Positions 12,052 through 23,059 of a stretch of 64,000 bases of DNA are shown here, in pieces (position 1 is the stretch's first letter; every line of letters begins with the position of its first letter). Made by a program: the position numbers and the translations under genes. Below the pieces are notes generated by a model. The model had not been told where the DNA came from, made no database searches, and saw only the letters and a list, made by a program, of their open reading frames with translations. The stretch is from Epithemia pelagica (taxonomy: Eukaryota; Protista; Bacillariophyta). The stretch covers positions 2,356,001 to 2,420,000 of the forward strand of contig OX337239.1 of assembly GCA_946965045.2 (NCBI GenBank), written 5' to 3'.

Positions 12052-15000
12052 ATGGTGTCGACCGCCCGGCGGCTTGTCCGTCTGTTTCTGCTTGTGGTTG
12101 TGGCAGGCTTGTCGTCGTCGTTGTTGCCGCAGCATGCATGTCAAGCCTTTGTTGTGGTGACACACACCACCACCACGCCGTATTGGAAGAAGAACTCCCA
12201 ACAACGAGTCGCATCCATCATTACCACGCGACGACAACAACGACAACGACGACAACGACAAGGCAGAGCCTTGGCCGCATCGGTCGATGCAACCACCACC
12301 ACAACCACAACCTCCTCGGGTCCCACCTTGCATGTGGTGGTGTTGGGTGTGGGCGATTTGCGGCTCGACGATCATGGAGGATTGTATCAGGCCTTGCAAC
12401 AACAACAACTCAACGATAGGGACGTGGTGTTGCCGGTCTGTCTCTTGGATCACGCCAGTTTGGCCAATCTTCCCGGACTCTTGGCCCATACGCACGATAC
12501 CGCCCATTGTCTGGCCCAGGCCTTGCACGAATTGCAACACGCGTGGACCGAACAAGCCACCACCAAGAATGGCAGTACTACTCCAACTCCAGCCTTGCAC
12601 TTTTGCTGGAATTGCCCCACCATTGCCGAGGCTTTGGAACCCACGTGTCGGCACTGGATGCAACAACAACAACACCATTCCACAACAAGCAGCATTTGCA
12701 TTCATGCCTGTGATTTGGGACCCGCCGATGAAGAAATGGCCTATGGTCCTCATGCACAACTGGTCCAACAACACCAAACAAGGCCCGCAGCCGCAACCAA
12801 TGACAAAACTACGACGACTACGATTTCCATTGGAGGGACCGAGGCCACACTCCACTCGTGGACCTGTCGGTTGCGGGACGAGCCGTGGACCGTGGCCTTA
12901 CAACAGCAAAAGCAGTCGGATCCGAGTGCGTTTCCCAACCAGTATCCCACCTATGCCCAACACTATGTGACCCAGTGCGATGCTCTGCCAGCCTTGGATT
13001 CGTGCCAACTGGTAGCCCGGATGGCCACCACCAGCACTACCACTACGAAGGTGGACACGTCCGCCTTTTCGCCCGAGGCTCCCACCACGGACCAAGTGCT
13101 GCGAGACTTGCAACGCTTGGCGTCCCAACAGTCTTCGCTGATGGAGGAGGATGATACCACAACAACAACAGTGTCGTCGTCGACTGGATTATTCTTGTCG
13201 CATTGGGGTGGATTGCCCTGTACGACAGTGGGATGTCGGACGGCCCTCCAGATTGTCGAGGCCTACACCGAGGTGGGTCGTGAGGCGAGCAATGGGAGTG
13301 GCAGTGCTCAATTTGATTGGGTCGATGCGCAATGGTCGCAACATGCCTTGTATCCCGGTCGATCGGTCCAACGGAATGGCTATTCCTTGGAACATGCCGC
13401 CATGATTTGGCAATTGCAAGGAACGGGACAAGCGGCGGCGGGTACCGTGGGCAATTGGATGGCGGGGGAAGCCATGATTCGATTCCTCGCCGCACCCTTG
13501 CTCTTGGGAACCGTGTCGCCCCGACGCCTGTGGCACTTGGCCGCCGCCACGGCCTCGCCCCCCGTGTTGCTGTGGAACAAGGGATCCTCCGTCGTGTCGC
13601 CGATCCAACAACGCATGGAAGAACGAGAATGGCATCAACTCTTGGCCGCGTCCAACCTCGTCTCCAATCCCACCGCCTATCCGTCTTCGAGTACCACAAC
13701 GACCACCACCAACACCAACACGTCGTATCGGTATTGGAGGTATCAAGGATTCTTGTGTCGCTTTGCCGTGACACCCTTGTCGTCGTCGTCCTCCCCGCCA
13801 CAACAAGACGTGTCGTCGTCGTCGTCGTCCAATCCAGACAAGCAAGGGTTGCTCTTGGTGCATGGATTTGGTGCTTCCGGTGCCCAATGGAACAAACTCT
13901 TGGCGTCCATCCAGCAACAACAACAACAACAAGCCAACAAGGATGACCCAACGCAATCATTTTTGCAACAAGGGCTGGCACCCGACTTGTTGGGTTTTGG
14001 TCAATCGGAAAAACCAGCCGTTTCCTATACCGGCTATTTGTGGGATTCTCAGGTCTTGGATTTTATCCGAGAACGAGCCGCCCGAAAAAGTAGTAGTAGC
14101 AGTAACAACGACAAGCACAAGGGTGGTTATGACTGGACCAAGTTTGTCGTGGGAGGCAATAGCATTGGAGGATATACCAGCATGTGTGTGGCCGCTAGTG
14201 ATTCCTTGGATCGGCCGTCCTCCTCGTCCTTTGTTGCGCCACCGGATTCGGTGGCACATGGTACCGCCGCATCCGACCAGAACAAGAACAACGACGACAA
14301 CAAGAGGACCTCTCGACTCTTGACCTCGTCCGGTGCTCCCGGAACGGGCATGTGCAATGGATTGGTCTTGATGAATTCGGCGGGACCCATTAAAACCCAA
14401 GACGAAATGGAACAAGAATTCCAACAAGCCCAATTCACGCGGTCCAAGGATTACCAAAAGAGTCTTTTGCCCTATTATTCCATTGCCCAAGTCACGAGTG
14501 CCGATGCCTTGCCACCCTGCCAACCACCCTGGCGACCCCTCTCGCGATGGTTTGGTCAAGGTCTCTTGTGGTATTTGCGACCTCGCATTGCTCCCATTTG
14601 TGTCAATTTGTATCCCACCAATCCAGCGGCCGTCAATGATGAATTGTGTGGCAACATTGAACGGGATTCCCTCGATCCAGGAGCTGTCAATGTCATGATG
14701 GCGGGCGCCAAATTACCCATTCCCCGAACCGCCAATGAAGTGTTGAATGGCGATTTCAAAATGGGTTGGTATCCAGGCTCCAACGGTGCGGGCGGTGGTG
14801 ATGGAAGTAGTACGACAACCTTGTCGGAATCGGTATTTTCGGGACCCGTCTTGATTGCCCAGGGTGTACTAGATCCTCTCAATGATGCACAAGATCGGTT
14901 GGAACGATTTGGAGCCTTGAGACCAGGGATTACCATGGATGGCATTCAAGCGGGCCATTGTCCTCACGATGAACAACCCAACCTAGTGGCCTCGAGTATC

Positions 15001-15072
15001 TTGCAATGGTACGTCAAACAAGAACAACCAGCAGAAACGGCACGAAAAACCACCTCAGTCGCATCCTCCTAA
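12052..15072 (+). CDS. Plastid-targeted fusion of a degenerate photolyase/cryptochrome N-terminal domain and a pheophytinase-like alpha/beta hydrolase
   Basis: Signal peptide ending CQA-F (diatom ASAFAP-type); VLGVGDLRLDDHGGL..AL...VLPVCLLD photolyase N-terminus; HGFGAS, APDLLGFGQSEKP, GNSIGG (Ser), QGVLDP (Asp), AGHCPHDE (His). Confidence 0.8.
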   Translation: MVSTARRLVRLFLLVVVAGLSSSLLPQHACQAFVVVTHTTTTPYWKKNSQQRVASIITTRRQQRQRRQRQGRALAASVDATTTTTTTSSGPTLHVVVLGVGDLRLDDHGGLYQALQQQQLNDRDVVLPVCLLDHASLANLPGLLAHTHDTAHCLAQALHELQHAWTEQATTKNGSTTPTPALHFCWNCPTIAEALEPTCRHWMQQQQHHSTTSSICIHACDLGPADEEMAYGPHAQLVQQHQTRPAAATNDKTTTTTISIGGTEATLHSWTCRLRDEPWTVALQQQKQSDPSAFPNQYPTYAQHYVTQCDALPALDSCQLVARMATTSTTTTKVDTSAFSPEAPTTDQVLRDLQRLASQQSSLMEEDDTTTTTVSSSTGLFLSHWGGLPCTTVGCRTALQIVEAYTEVGREASNGSGSAQFDWVDAQWSQHALYPGRSVQRNGYSLEHAAMIWQLQGTGQAAAGTVGNWMAGEAMIRFLAAPLLLGTVSPRRLWHLAAATASPPVLLWNKGSSVVSPIQQRMEEREWHQLLAASNLVSNPTAYPSSSTTTTTTNTNTSYRYWRYQGFLCRFAVTPLSSSSSPPQQDVSSSSSSNPDKQGLLLVHGFGASGAQWNKLLASIQQQQQQQANKDDPTQSFLQQGLAPDLLGFGQSEKPAVSYTGYLWDSQVLDFIRERAARKSSSSSNNDKHKGGYDWTKFVVGGNSIGGYTSMCVAASDSLDRPSSSSFVAPPDSVAHGTAASDQNKNNDDNKRTSRLLTSSGAPGTGMCNGLVLMNSAGPIKTQDEMEQEFQQAQFTRSKDYQKSLLPYYSIAQVTSADALPPCQPPWRPLSRWFGQGLLWYLRPRIAPICVNLYPTNPAAVNDELCGNIERDSLDPGAVNVMMAGAKLPIPRTANEVLNGDFKMGWYPGSNGAGGGDGSSTTTLSESVFSGPVLIAQGVLDPLNDAQDRLERFGALRPGITMDGIQAGHCPHDEQPNLVASSILQWYVKQEQPAETARKTTSVASS

Positions 15073-15090
15073 TAGATGGAGACTTTACAC

Positions 15091-15724
15091 ACATTCACCA
15101 AAACTAGAGGCCTATCGTGTCCATCATTGGTTGGACCCGTGAAATAAATATTGCGTTCGACAGCGTCCATGCAACACTACTACCAAACGAGCCCAAACAC
15201 CATGTTCTGATTTCACCGTTTAAAACTAAACATAATCTTTGTAAAGCCTCTTTTTTGTGTCGTCCAGTAGTGGAATTCAGTTGGATGACTCCAGGCGTCT
15301 CCCTCCTGTTCAGAGTGTTCCAAAAGTGTCTTTTGGTTCCAGTCCAACCAACTTTTCTTGCTGGTGCTTCTACAGGGAATCGACCAACACTTGGACCAGA
15401 GGTTTCTGGTGGAAACAGAGAGGAGAATTTGGTTCGAATACCGCGCTCTGAAACTGCCGAATCGACCAACACCCAGATAGATTTGCGTGCGTGATGGAAC
15501 TTGCAAGTTGGTCCATCGCAAAACACCATCAACGTCCACAGCGGTTCGACGCATCGGGTAGTGGTCCTCGAGGTTTTTTCCCGAAGTGTGCGTGGATCAC
15601 AAGTTTCATGCTGCCGTTTCGGATCCAATCGGTGGCTCGTGGCTCGCTCGGATTCTCTCATGTTGGGAATGCCACAATGGTACGCGGTTCTGTTCCAGAA
15701 CGTTTGCAGTCTTTGGTGTCAAAG
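15091..15724 (-). pseudogene. Decayed inverted duplicate of the CPS 3' end (copy of 2117-2759, including intron and 3' UTR)
   Basis: The reverse complement aligns by eye with 2117-2759 with many substitutions and indels; donor GTAAG is changed to GCAAG and the frame is broken. Confidence 0.9.
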
Positions 15725-16205
15725 GATGATTTCTACTCGTAGTGTGTTGTTCCACGGATTCGACGACACTATTCGACCAACCATGTATATAGGCACGGAG
15801 ACGCACTTGCGAGACGCAGTTTCCCTGGACCAAGCCGCTGGCCCAGAAAGAAAGACGCACGGACGTTTGTGGTCCCGTGGTGTTCAGTGGCACACTGGTT
15901 CCAAACGCATTGCCGATTCTCTCTCTCTCGTCGTGTGGACACTGTTCCTGTATCGGGCGCGCACACATGGGAATCCTGTACCCATTGTCTTTTGGTTCCG
16001 TTTCATCCAAACGAGAGAGTCCAATACAACGTGTCATGTATGGATTCTCGTACTCTCCAGAACACACGCCACGGCAGAGGAATGGTACTCTCTTGGTTTT
16101 TTAAATGATTTGTGAACCAACTCCACCGTCCTTCCGTATGTGTGTGTGTACCTGTGTGTGTGTGGTGATCCATCTCTACATGGAAATGTGTCGGGTCCAT
16201 TCCAA

Positions 16206-18419
16206 TCATGTCTTTTGTCGTTTGGCACCCATTGCATTGTGGTGGTGGTTCCCACCACCCGAGGTTGTCCTGGCGTCGAGCGACATGGTCTCCTGGTGCG
16301 CATGTTTTTTGTGGGACGGGACACGGGTCGGGCATTCCGTGGTTCCGTGTTGGGTGGTGCCTCTGGCCCGTGCGGTCTCGTCCCGACTGCTACTACTAGT
16401 ACTACTACTCGTAGCACCATTGCTTGGACGCCGACCAGCGGCACACACGAGGAGGGCGGGCAGAGATCGGACCAACTGGTAGACGGTATCGAGTTGGGGC
16501 GAACACACGGCGGCCCATTGAAAATGGTACAGGCCCGTCACGGGATCGGCACATTCCAAGGCACGGGGATAGGCAGCAATCAACGGGGCAATACTGGCTT
16601 GCCAATCCAATCCCGACACCAAGGCATGGGTCAAGGGCAAGCGACCTGTTCGGGCATCGGCCATCAAGGCACTCCGAGGACTCCATTCCAACAAGAGTTG
16701 GACGACCGATTCTTGAACGCACGAATTGGTGGTGGAACTGGGCGGCGATGACTCGTCGTGGTCGTCATTGTCATGGTCAGTCTCTGGTTCTGGTGGGTGC
16801 CGCGCCGCAAACAAGCGTTCCAAAAAGGCGGCATCCCCGGACTGCAAGGCCACTTCATCTCGCTGCAATTGGGCTTCGTGTTGGTTGGGCAAGGCTCCAT
16901 CGGCCACGTGAATGGTTTCCCGAAAGCCATCTTCCAGTGGATTCCACCATGTCGGTTCGGCGTGTTCCTTTTGTTGACAGGCCAAGAGCAGGGGCGTAAA
17001 ACCCTGATCATTGCGTCGCAAGGCCATTTCCGGAAACATGCGACACAACCACCTCAGGACTTGTCGCGGACACGACGGTGTGGCTGCAGCGGCATGCACG
17101 ACCCAGTCAAATTGGTCTTTCCGAATCGGCAAGGGCATGCCTTGGTCGGTCCGAATCGTCCTCCAGTCGTAGTACCAGTCGTTGCCGCCGCCGGCTGTGG
17201 CACGATAGGAGGCTTGCAAAAAGAGGACCAGATTGTCCCAATCATCCCGATAATAATACGAATGCTCTTCGCCGCCGCCGCCGTCCTCGTCGTCCACCAA
17301 GACGTCGTCTTGCAATTCATTGGTTTCCAAAAAGGAACGAGGGAGTAACCAAAAGGGCGTGACACCCCGGTCATTGCCGTGACCCAGTACGGTCGGGGCC
17401 GCCTCCAACAAGGACCGTAACAGGTGAAAGGTGGCACCGGCCCGAGCGGCAAAATGCAAGGGTGCATCGCCATATTGATCGGCCAGGGCAGCCGCCTGCG
17501 GGACCGCCTGGACCAAATACCGTTGGACGGCTTCACTGCTGCCATAACTGGCCACATGCAAGGGCGTTTCCCCCTGAAAATTGCGTTGCACCACAATGGC
17601 CGGATTGGTCTGGACCATGGCCTGAACGACGGTCAAGGGCGGATACCGGACGCAACACGCATGCAAGGCATTCATACCGGCATTCTTGCCCTGCAGAGAG
17701 ACTTCGTCGGGATGCGAGGCAATGCGATCCAAGACGTCCTGCCATTCATCGTCCGTGGTTTGACTCGTGAGATACAAGAGCATGGAAGGCCATTTCCGAA
17801 TGAGATACGGGGGACGCGGACGACCCCAATAATCGACCGAGTCGTTGTTGTTATGAGTGGCATTGGGTGGACGATTACTGCTGCTGCTTTCCGTGAGGGG
17901 TCCCAGATGCAAGATGGAATCGGGTCCAAAATCTCCCTCTTGTCCCACGGCACAGCCAACCGGGTCCATGGATTGGACTTCCGACAAGACCAGTCCTCCC
18001 ACCAGCGGATTGTTATTGTTGTGGTTGTGATTGGCTTCAAATAGAGCGTGTGGTTTCGGTTGGTCGTCCGTGTGCTCGGGTTCCATGTCATTGTTGGAGG
18101 ATTCGGGGACGACCACAACACCCGGCGCGTCCGACACGGCCCATCTCTCGCAACAAGGGTCGGCAAATTGTTTCTCGGAGGAACACGCCAACGACGACAG
18201 TGCTATTGGTGTGGTGGTTGGTGTGGTTGGTGTGTTGTTGTTGGTGGTGGTGGCAGACATTTTGGAAGAATCGTCCAGCACCACCCTCGAATTCATGGGG
18301 ACCGACGCTCCTCCAAGAACTGGGCCTTTGGAGAATCGAACGTTGAATGACAGCAACGGAACCAGATGTTGGAGTGTGGGAGAGTGGGAAACAAAAAGAC
18401 CCAAGACGAACCATTCCAT
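16206..18419 (-). CDS. Ankyrin-repeat protein
   Basis: Ankyrin repeats (GMNALHACC, GETPLHVAS, YGDAPLHFAA, GVTPFW, GFTPLLLAC) and a diatom-type GRLPLTHAL...TGLYHFQWAA C-terminus; start at 18419 or 18296. Confidence 0.85.
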   Translation of the reverse strand: MEWFVLGLFVSHSPTLQHLVPLLSFNVRFSKGPVLGGASVPMNSRVVLDDSSKMSATTTNNNTPTTPTTTPIALSSLACSSEKQFADPCCERWAVSDAPGVVVVPESSNNDMEPEHTDDQPKPHALFEANHNHNNNNPLVGGLVLSEVQSMDPVGCAVGQEGDFGPDSILHLGPLTESSSSNRPPNATHNNNDSVDYWGRPRPPYLIRKWPSMLLYLTSQTTDDEWQDVLDRIASHPDEVSLQGKNAGMNALHACCVRYPPLTVVQAMVQTNPAIVVQRNFQGETPLHVASYGSSEAVQRYLVQAVPQAAALADQYGDAPLHFAARAGATFHLLRSLLEAAPTVLGHGNDRGVTPFWLLPRSFLETNELQDDVLVDDEDGGGGEEHSYYYRDDWDNLVLFLQASYRATAGGGNDWYYDWRTIRTDQGMPLPIRKDQFDWVVHAAAATPSCPRQVLRWLCRMFPEMALRRNDQGFTPLLLACQQKEHAEPTWWNPLEDGFRETIHVADGALPNQHEAQLQRDEVALQSGDAAFLERLFAARHPPEPETDHDNDDHDESSPPSSTTNSCVQESVVQLLLEWSPRSALMADARTGRLPLTHALVSGLDWQASIAPLIAAYPRALECADPVTGLYHFQWAAVCSPQLDTVYQLVRSLPALLVCAAGRRPSNGATSSSTSSSSRDETARARGTTQHGTTECPTRVPSHKKHAHQETMSLDARTTSGGGNHHHNAMGAKRQKT

Positions 18420-19419
18420 GTCACACCATGGTGTGAGCTTTTCGGTGCCAAGGCCGTCGCAACACTACCCAGCATCTACAAAGAAACTTTGGATCGAGTT
18501 TCTTATTCACTTTTCGCATTTGGGCCGATACGAGGAGTAAACCGAAATAGCTACCCTTGCTAGGCATAACTAAAAACTACCGAGCGTCCATGAGGTTAGT
18601 GGTAAAAAACAAAACATATAAAAGAAACACTTTGGAACGTCAGAGATTCAAAGCCGGCTCGCACGGAGGGAGTGGCGCACAAAGAGATACCATTCCCAGT
18701 GTTCATCCCCTCTGATATCTTGTTCTGGCAACAACTCCTGTTCTCTTCTCTTACGGACTGGCACATTCCTCTCTCTATCTGTGCGCAAAAGGGCCAGTGC
18801 TTGGTCTTTTTGGTGTGTGTGTGTACCGGTTTGGGACCCACAAACGCGAGATAGAAACACACACAACAAGCATGGTGGGTAAGGCGGATACCGGTGCCGC
18901 TGTAGATCGTGTCGTCGTCGTGGTCATCACAGCAGCAGCATCATCATCATCATCGACGAGTGCAAAGTGCTCCAACCGATTCACCCCGAACTAGTATCAC
19001 CACTAGCTAATAAGGAGTCTCATTGGCGACGTCCCACCATGATGGCCGAATCGCCGGTTCGGGCGGCCCACCACAACCATCCAAACGACCAACCACCTAA
19101 TACGACAACGACACTGTTTTCCAAGGCGACTCGTCATGAAAGTGAAGCCGAACAACGCATTTGACAAGCCTTGGATCGAGAACGCCAAAAACGTCAACAA
19201 CAACAACAACAGCAACAACCAGAACTGGACTTTTCCTTGGATCACGAGTTTCCTTCGAGTTTGCCCGATACCCTCGTACCAGATGGAAGCACGGTACCAA
19301 CCCCCAACCAAGCAGAGGAGGAGGAGGATGTGAATGCCGTTCCTTCCACGGCGATTCGATCCTCCTCCTCCTTGGCGACATCGACTCGCTATCTGACAGC
19401 CGTGCATGACTTGGAACAG

Positions 19420-19485
19420 GAAGAAGAAGAAGAAGAAGAAGAAGAAGAAGAAGAAGAAGAAGAAGAAGAAGAAGAAGAAGAAGAA
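19420..19485 (+). repeat. (GAA)22 microsatellite encoding poly-Glu
   Basis: Perfect trinucleotide run. Confidence 0.97.
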
Positions 19486-20190
19486 TTTAAACACGAACGA
19501 CGACGTCAAGATTTGGCAGCGGCCAGCTTGTTTCATTCCCAGCTGGCCAACGACAAAGACCACAACAACAGCAACAACAAAAACAAGGAACCCATGAGTC
19601 CCGCCTTGCAACGCATGACCCATGCCGCGGCCATTTTGTTGCACGCCAAGGGAGCCTTTGCCAAACCACTTCATTCCTCCTCCGACGACGACAACAACGA
19701 CATGGACCATTCCACTCGGATGGAAACCAACAACAACAAGAACCACCACCAACCGGACGACCCGGACAATACTCTTTCCGGGAAATCAACCACTCCCCCC
19801 GAACCAACCGAGCAACCCGTGCTGGAAGAAACCCTCCCGCACGATGAGCCGAGTAATTCTGTTCCTCACAGGAATGGGTCTGCCCAGCCCATGTCCCACC
19901 AGACTCCCACAGAGGGGCATGCTCCGCCCGGAAACGACGACGACCACTCGAACCAAGCAAAACGATTTCAGGCGCGCACGGCCATGAATGCCTTGGTACA
20001 AAAATTACATTCGGTCCACGACTTGTTGGGTCCCCAACAACCCTCCAAATTGTGGATGGATGTGCTCCAAGTCACAGTCGTGTTGCTGATTCCCTGTTTA
20101 CTTCTCGACGACTGCGACATTTTGCAGCCTACTATCTTTCCTATAGTTATTCTAGTACTCTTTTCTACAGCGCTCTACGGCCGATCCACC

Positions 20191-22953
20191 ATGGTCAACC
20201 TCCGCACTCCAAGGGCATCTCCGCGGACGTCTTCTTCGTCAACTGGTTCCCAAACCGCCCAAGCACGGGTGACTCAATTCTTTCAGCCGGCTGTGGCCGA
20301 TATGACTCCCGGTGCAATCTCTTCCACTCGCCAGAATGCAACACCCCGTGAGGCCGACTCCCTCGCGGACACGACGACGGCGGCGAGCAGTTTGGTGGCG
20401 TCGCTCACTTCCCGGTCCGCTCGGTCGTCCGGTCGAGGACGCGGCACAATGGCGACGAATCGTACCCCGGACCAAGTTCCTTTACCGGACACGTCGGATA
20501 CGGCTTCGGATTGGACCAGCGTCCAGTCGTCCTCGGGACGAGGCTCAGGTCGTAACCGAGCGCGAGGTGGCGGACGAGGTCGAGGACGAGGCCGTGAAAA
20601 CGGCCGACCTCCCTCTCATGATACTTCTGCTCGTGGCGGTCGAGCTGCCACTCCGGCGACGACGTCTCCTTCCCGTCGCCGTCGCAACCATCGACGGGCC
20701 CAGCAACGGAGGAGTGCTCGACTTTCTGCTCAAGCCGAGGCGGCGGACGACCCAGTGGAAGACGTTCCTATGGAGGATGTTTCCATCCCTCAGCCGGAGC
20801 CTACGACTGACACTGTCCCCGCTGTTGCAACTGTGCTTTCCCCGGAGGAGGCTACGGAGCCACCCTTGGCCGTGGCGGTCCCAGCGGATGTGCCTCCCGG
20901 AGCTCCTCAGCCGGCCCAGACTTCTGTTGAATCTCCACAACGGGGTTTCCAAACCACATTGAATTCTGAGCTCCAGGATTTAGCTCGTCAATCCACTGCA
21001 GTTTCGACGACCCCGACAGCGGAACCGACTCCAACAAACACTGCGACTCAACCTAGCACGGACACCACAAACTCGCGAATGTCCACGCGAGGGGGCTCTC
21101 CGATTCCCGACCAACCAACACCGGCTGCGGACGATCCTACAGTTGCGAGAGATAATGCCACTGGGCCAATGGTCCATATCTTTGTGAACCAACCGGTAGC
21201 TACTCCTTTGGCCACCTCTACTGGCAACAATGGTACCCCTACCTACGCGGCAGCCTTGCTACAACCAGCGGCCCGCTCGTCCTCCCGTCGTTCCAGGTCT
21301 TCCATGGCGAATCCCTACCTGCGCCCACTGCGCCTCAACCCTGCTCGACATGTGTCCGCTCGGTATGAAATCCGAGTCAATGTGCCCCCGTCCTCGCAGC
21401 CCGACGACGAGCTTCGCCGGTCCCTTGCATTGTACCTTACCAAGCTCCAAGAAGCGGACGCCTCGGTGGTTATTCACCCGTGGGCAGAGGTCGATAATCG
21501 TGACCGCCCTAATGGCGGTCGGCCTCTTCGAGCGATCTCGTCTCCCAATGGTATCCCGGCTGATATGGGCATATTGAAGAAATACTTCCCTCGCGCGGTG
21601 CCTAAAGCCAACGGTGGCTTCGTATACCCGTCGGTGTGGCTTGGACACACGAAACCTTTTTCGGAAATCGTATCGTCACTCTCTTGCTGGTTTCAAGCCG
21701 AACGGCATGGGTTATGGACAAGGCAGCTGCAATGCGAAACTACATCGATCGTAGGGTGGGCGCTCTATTCGACGCAGTCCATGCATGCCCCTACCTTGAG
21801 GATGCACCTTTCCGCCGAACTGGGTTTCGAAGTGGGCATACGGTGGCGAACAATCAGCACCGGTCAATCGGGCCCCATTCCCCCGAATCAAATGGCCAAG
21901 GCTCTCCACTTCGAAGTGGACCGGCAACACAAGTCGGAAGCCAAACGGCGCCTTGTGACGATTTATGACCGCAACGCCACGGACTTTCCGTTGGGGATTA
22001 AGCTCCGCTTGGTCTGGCCTCTCCACGACCTCATGAATATCAATACCCGGAACAAAGTCGCCGCGCTCCGACTTCGACAACTTCAATTTTGTCAGTCCAT
22101 GGTGAGCATGCGCACGTGGGAGCTTCATGACCTGGATGTGATCGACGATTCTTCGGGACTGTCCTTGAGAGACCGTCTGATGGAAATTAAAAGTCACGCG
22201 GGACATCGTTTGTTTCATTCTGTTGACCCAAGCCACTTGGAGGGCGCAGTTCAGTTTTGCTTCCATCCCGATCGCGAAGACGAAGCCCGCACCATGATTC
22301 TAGCGTTGGTGCCGTATCTCAGGTGGAAAGTTGCTACCGCCGAGCCCGACTTGGATGACCGCAATCGAGAAATCTTGCTTTCCCGGGTTGTTTATCGCCA
22401 TTTTAGCCAAGACGCTTTGGAACGAGCCGTGGGTGCGACGTGGAATCCCACCACTCTTACGGTGGATTCCCCAGCAGACACGTACAGCACTTGGGTCCAC
22501 GACACAGGGGATGCGGAGCTGGACTGCTCCCGGGTTGGCAACACGTCTTCCGCCACCGCCATCCAGTTAATCCCTCCACAAAGTCTTGTTCGTCCCCACG
22601 ACGCGGCTGCCGACGCAGATAGTATCTCAACACTGCCTCAAGGCACGTCCATCGCATCGACAGTAACAGGTGGCTCGGTGCTCTCACAAAACAGCTCGCG
22701 GGCCAGTGCCCCAACCCCAACTCCAGATATACAGCATCCATCGGCTACGTCGACCTCTGATGCAACTTCATCCATAGCCTCCTCGGCGTCTCCGGACCAG
22801 GTTCTTGCTCAACTCTCTCAAGTTCTTCAAAATGTCTCCCAGGTACTTCACGCCTATCCCAATCATCCTTCGACCGCTGCAGTGCGTAATCAACTCTCTT
22901 CCCTTTTGCCTTCCCCGACGGACGCGCCGACGCCGTCGGGGCCGCGCAATTAA
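20191..22953 (+). CDS. LINE ORF1 protein (920 aa)
   Basis: First ATG inside the element; R/G/S-rich disordered N-terminus followed by a globular region; precedes ORF2. Confidence 0.85.
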   Translation: MVNLRTPRASPRTSSSSTGSQTAQARVTQFFQPAVADMTPGAISSTRQNATPREADSLADTTTAASSLVASLTSRSARSSGRGRGTMATNRTPDQVPLPDTSDTASDWTSVQSSSGRGSGRNRARGGGRGRGRGRENGRPPSHDTSARGGRAATPATTSPSRRRRNHRRAQQRRSARLSAQAEAADDPVEDVPMEDVSIPQPEPTTDTVPAVATVLSPEEATEPPLAVAVPADVPPGAPQPAQTSVESPQRGFQTTLNSELQDLARQSTAVSTTPTAEPTPTNTATQPSTDTTNSRMSTRGGSPIPDQPTPAADDPTVARDNATGPMVHIFVNQPVATPLATSTGNNGTPTYAAALLQPAARSSSRRSRSSMANPYLRPLRLNPARHVSARYEIRVNVPPSSQPDDELRRSLALYLTKLQEADASVVIHPWAEVDNRDRPNGGRPLRAISSPNGIPADMGILKKYFPRAVPKANGGFVYPSVWLGHTKPFSEIVSSLSCWFQAERHGLWTRQLQCETTSIVGWALYSTQSMHAPTLRMHLSAELGFEVGIRWRTISTGQSGPIPPNQMAKALHFEVDRQHKSEAKRRLVTIYDRNATDFPLGIKLRLVWPLHDLMNINTRNKVAALRLRQLQFCQSMVSMRTWELHDLDVIDDSSGLSLRDRLMEIKSHAGHRLFHSVDPSHLEGAVQFCFHPDREDEARTMILALVPYLRWKVATAEPDLDDRNREILLSRVVYRHFSQDALERAVGATWNPTTLTVDSPADTYSTWVHDTGDAELDCSRVGNTSSATAIQLIPPQSLVRPHDAAADADSISTLPQGTSIASTVTGGSVLSQNSSRASAPTPTPDIQHPSATSTSDATSSIASSASPDQVLAQLSQVLQNVSQVLHAYPNHPSTAAVRNQLSSLLPSPTDAPTPSGPRN

Positions 22954-23059
22954 TTCGCACGCCCCGGACCGGAGTGGTCACTCGTCCCACTCTGCGTCCC
23001 CCGAGGGGCCAGCGAATTCGAGAAGGCGAACCTCTCCTCCTGGACGTGACTCTACGGGC

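Noticed and set aside
15606-16067. 153-aa ORF reading into the CPS remnant
   Set aside because: No ATG context or domain support; the in-frame join is likely chance.
19171-22953. The 1260-aa ORF in the track as one native gene
   Set aside because: It is a chimera of a host exon, the LINE 5' UTR and ORF1; the TSD marks the junction.
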